Assembly: GCA_900104495.1 (NCBI GenBank)
Contig: FMXS01000017.1
Span: 1-32,000, forward strand
DNA from: Ruminococcaceae bacterium FB2012
Lineage (GTDB): Bacteria > Bacillota > Clostridia > Oscillospirales > Ruminococcaceae
Reading direction: 5' to 3'
DNA length: 32,000 nt
Every line of letters begins with the position of its first letter. Position 1 is the first letter of the stretch. Under the pieces are notes generated by a model. That model was not told the origin of the DNA and did no database searches. It saw only the letters and a list, made by a program, of their open reading frames with translations. This document shows positions 30,102-32,000 of this stretch, piece by piece. Position numbers and translations under genes: made by a program.

Positions 30102-32000
30102 TTACGATCTTCCTTGCCTTTCGTACCATTCTTCCTTGGAAATATTGATCTTGCGGGGCTTGGCTCCTTCCTGGGGGCCGATGATGCCCATTTCCTCCAG
30201 GTCGTCCATTATACGGGCGGCACGTGGGAAGCCCAGCTTCAGTTTCCTTTGGAGGAAGGCCGTGGAAGCGTTACCCGACTCGACGATCACGGTGATCGCC
30301 TGGTTTATCAGATCGTCGTCGGGGTTGACGGTTATGTCATCGACAGAAACGGAGTTCTTGTTCTTGGACTGCTCGATGTCGCTCTGACGGCGCTCCACAT
30401 CGTGGATGATCTCCTCGTCGTAGCCGGTCTCGCCGCTGGCCTCGACTTCGTTTTTGAGGAACTTCACCACGCTCCTGATCTCCCCCGTAGAGGCAAATCC
30501 GCTCTGTATACGCAAAGGCTTGGGGAAGCCTATGGGCTTGTAAAGCAGGTCGCCGCGGCCGAGAAGGTTCTCGGCGCCGATCTCGTCCAGGATAACGCGG
30601 GAGTCAACGTTGGAAGACACCGAAAGCGCGGTGCGGCTGGGGATGTTGGCCTTGATAAGTCCCGTGATAACGTCGGTACGCGGGGACTGGGTGGCGATCA
30701 GCATATGCATACCCGCGGCACGGGCAAGCTGAGCCAGTCTCATAACGCTTTCCTCCACCTCGCTCTTGGCGGCCAGCATCAGATCGGCGAACTCGTCGAT
30801 GATGATGACGATATAGTGGAGCTTCTTGTATTCAAGTTCGGGATTGTCGTCCACGAACTCGTTGAAGTCCTCGATGTTCTTCACGCCGTTGGCCTCAAAC
30901 AGCCTGTATCGGCGGTCCATTTCGTTGACGGCCCAGCCCAGGGCTCCTGCGGCCTTCATGGGGTCGGTGACCACGGGTATCAGCAGGTGAGGGATGCCGT
31001 TGTAGACCGGGAACTCCACCTTCTTCGGGTCGATAAGTATCAGCTTGACCTCGTCGGGACCGGCGTGATAGAGTATGTTCAGTATTATGGAATTGGTGAA
31101 CACGGATTTACCGGAGCCGGTAGTTCCCGCGATAAGCATATGGGGCATGGAGGCGATGTCGCCCATGACGATATTGCCGTCGATGTCCTTGCCCACGGCA
31201 AAGGCCAGCTTGCTTTTGGCCTTACGGTAAACGTCGCTGTCGATCAGCTCCCGGAGGGAAACGCTGTCGCGGTGGAGATTCGGCACCTCAACGCCTATCG
31301 CCGCCTTGTTGGGTATGGGCGCGATGCGCACTCCGCTGGTGGCAAGGTTCAGCGTAATGTCCTTGGCGCGGTTCTCGATCTTGGTGACGGAAACTCCCCT
31401 GCCGGGCTCCAGCTCGTAGCGGGTAACGGAGGGGCCCCGGCTGATGCCTACCAGCGTGGTCTTGATGCCGAAGTCCTCAAGGGTCTGCACCAGTTTCAGC
31501 GACTTATCGGAGATCTCCCGCTGAATTTCCTCGGGAGTAGCTTGATTTTTTGCATATTTCAGTATATCCACCGGGGGATAGGTATAGACAGGGATAGTCG
31601 AATCCTGCTTGACCATTGAGGTCTGGCCGTTTTGGTCAACATAGACCTCGGCGGGCTTTTCGGCAGGCTTCTTGGGAGCGGGCTTCTCCTCCGGGGCCGC
31701 CGGCTTTTCGTAGGGCTCGTCGTCGCCGAAGAGTTTGTCGTAGATCTTCTCCTTGTCGGGATCGGGCTTGTCCGTTTTGGGAGCGGGCTTTTTATCCTCG
31801 GCAGGCAGTTTGGACTTGTCCTCCGGGAGGTCCCACACCGGGCCTCTGCCGAATTTGGGCAGACTGATCTCGGGGCGGTTCTGATTGTTTTTCAGCTTTT
31901 CCTCCCGCTCCTGCTCGGCGGCGATAAGCTCGGCCTCGGTGGGCTGGGAACTCATGCTTACGGTCTCCTCGATCAGCTTGTCGATGTCCGTTTTGGGCGG
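30102..32000 (-). CDS. ftsK: DNA translocase FtsK/SpoIIIE, C-terminal part (N-terminus beyond the window end)
   Basis: A Pro/Lys-rich linker is followed by the motor domain with HMLIAGTTGSGKSV (Walker A), IVIIIDEFADLM (Walker B) and the C-terminal gamma winged helix (LQRKLKLGFPRAARIMDDLEEMGIIGP). The frame stays open upstream of the M at 31955 to the window edge. Confidence 0.92.
   Translation of the reverse strand, partial: PPKTDIDKLIEETVSMSSQPTEAELIAAEQEREEKLKNNQNRPEISLPKFGRGPVWDLPEDKSKLPAEDKKPAPKTDKPDPDKEKIYDKLFGDDEPYEKPAAPEEKPAPKKPAEKPAEVYVDQNGQTSMVKQDSTIPVYTYPPVDILKYAKNQATPEEIQREISDKSLKLVQTLEDFGIKTTLVGISRGPSVTRYELEPGRGVSVTKIENRAKDITLNLATSGVRIAPIPNKAAIGVEVPNLHRDSVSLRELIDSDVYRKAKSKLAFAVGKDIDGNIVMGDIASMPHMLIAGTTGSGKSVFTNSIILNILYHAGPDEVKLILIDPKKVEFPVYNGIPHLLIPVVTDPMKAAGALGWAVNEMDRRYRLFEANGVKNIEDFNEFVDDNPELEYKKLHYIVIIIDEFADLMLAAKSEVEESVMRLAQLARAAGMHMLIATQSPRTDVITGLIKANIPSRTALSVSSNVDSRVILDEIGAENLLGRGDLLYKPIGFPKPLRIQSGFASTGEIRSVVKFLKNEVEASGETGYDEEIIHDVERRQSDIEQSKNKNSVSVDDITVNPDDDLINQAITVIVESGNASTAFLQRKLKLGFPRAARIMDDLEEMGIIGPQEGAKPRKINISKEEWYERQGRS

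Overview
The window looks like a core chromosomal segment of a moderately high-GC, spore-forming Clostridia genome. That lineage is inferred from gpr, an ispH-rpsA fusion and a type-I dockerin protein; no species call is possible. About 23 genes are packed tightly and most are housekeeping. Left to right they are: an IS200-type tnpA cut by the window edge, rplL-rplJ with leader and promoter, a membrane coiled-coil hypothetical, a CPA2 cation/proton antiporter, a small membrane protein, rpsT divergent from gpr, an orphan ABC solute-binding lipoprotein, a PurF-like amidophosphoribosyltransferase, a MetRS-like synthetase, a C-N hydrolase, a cmk-plsC fusion, the ispH-rpsA fusion, a class A PBP, a THUMP RNA methyltransferase, secG, an antisense dockerin-bearing repeat protein, rnr, an rpiR-flavoprotein pair, and an ftsK / P-loop / ygiQ / MBL-hydrolase operon. 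Several near-perfect sigma-A promoters (TTGACA-N17-TATAAT with an extended TG) and intrinsic terminators are visible; I used them to trim over-extended ORF-track starts. I see no defense island, CRISPR array, tRNA or rRNA. The most unusual element is a ~600 bp GC-rich, hairpin-dense non-coding island (about 7657-8254) containing a duplicated 34-nt module, which I cannot assign to any RNA or repeat family I know. Other points worth a second look:
- The PurF homolog lacks the N-terminal catalytic Cys.
- The MetRS-like protein has KASSS in place of KMSKS.
- Two bifunctional fusions sit back to back.
- The dockerin gene interrupts secG-rnr.
- An IS200 copy sits directly after the rplL terminator.
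- The uncharacterised ygiQ gene sits in a tight operon.
CDS coordinates are anchored to the ORF track. Coordinates of small motifs were counted by eye and may be off by 1-2 nt.
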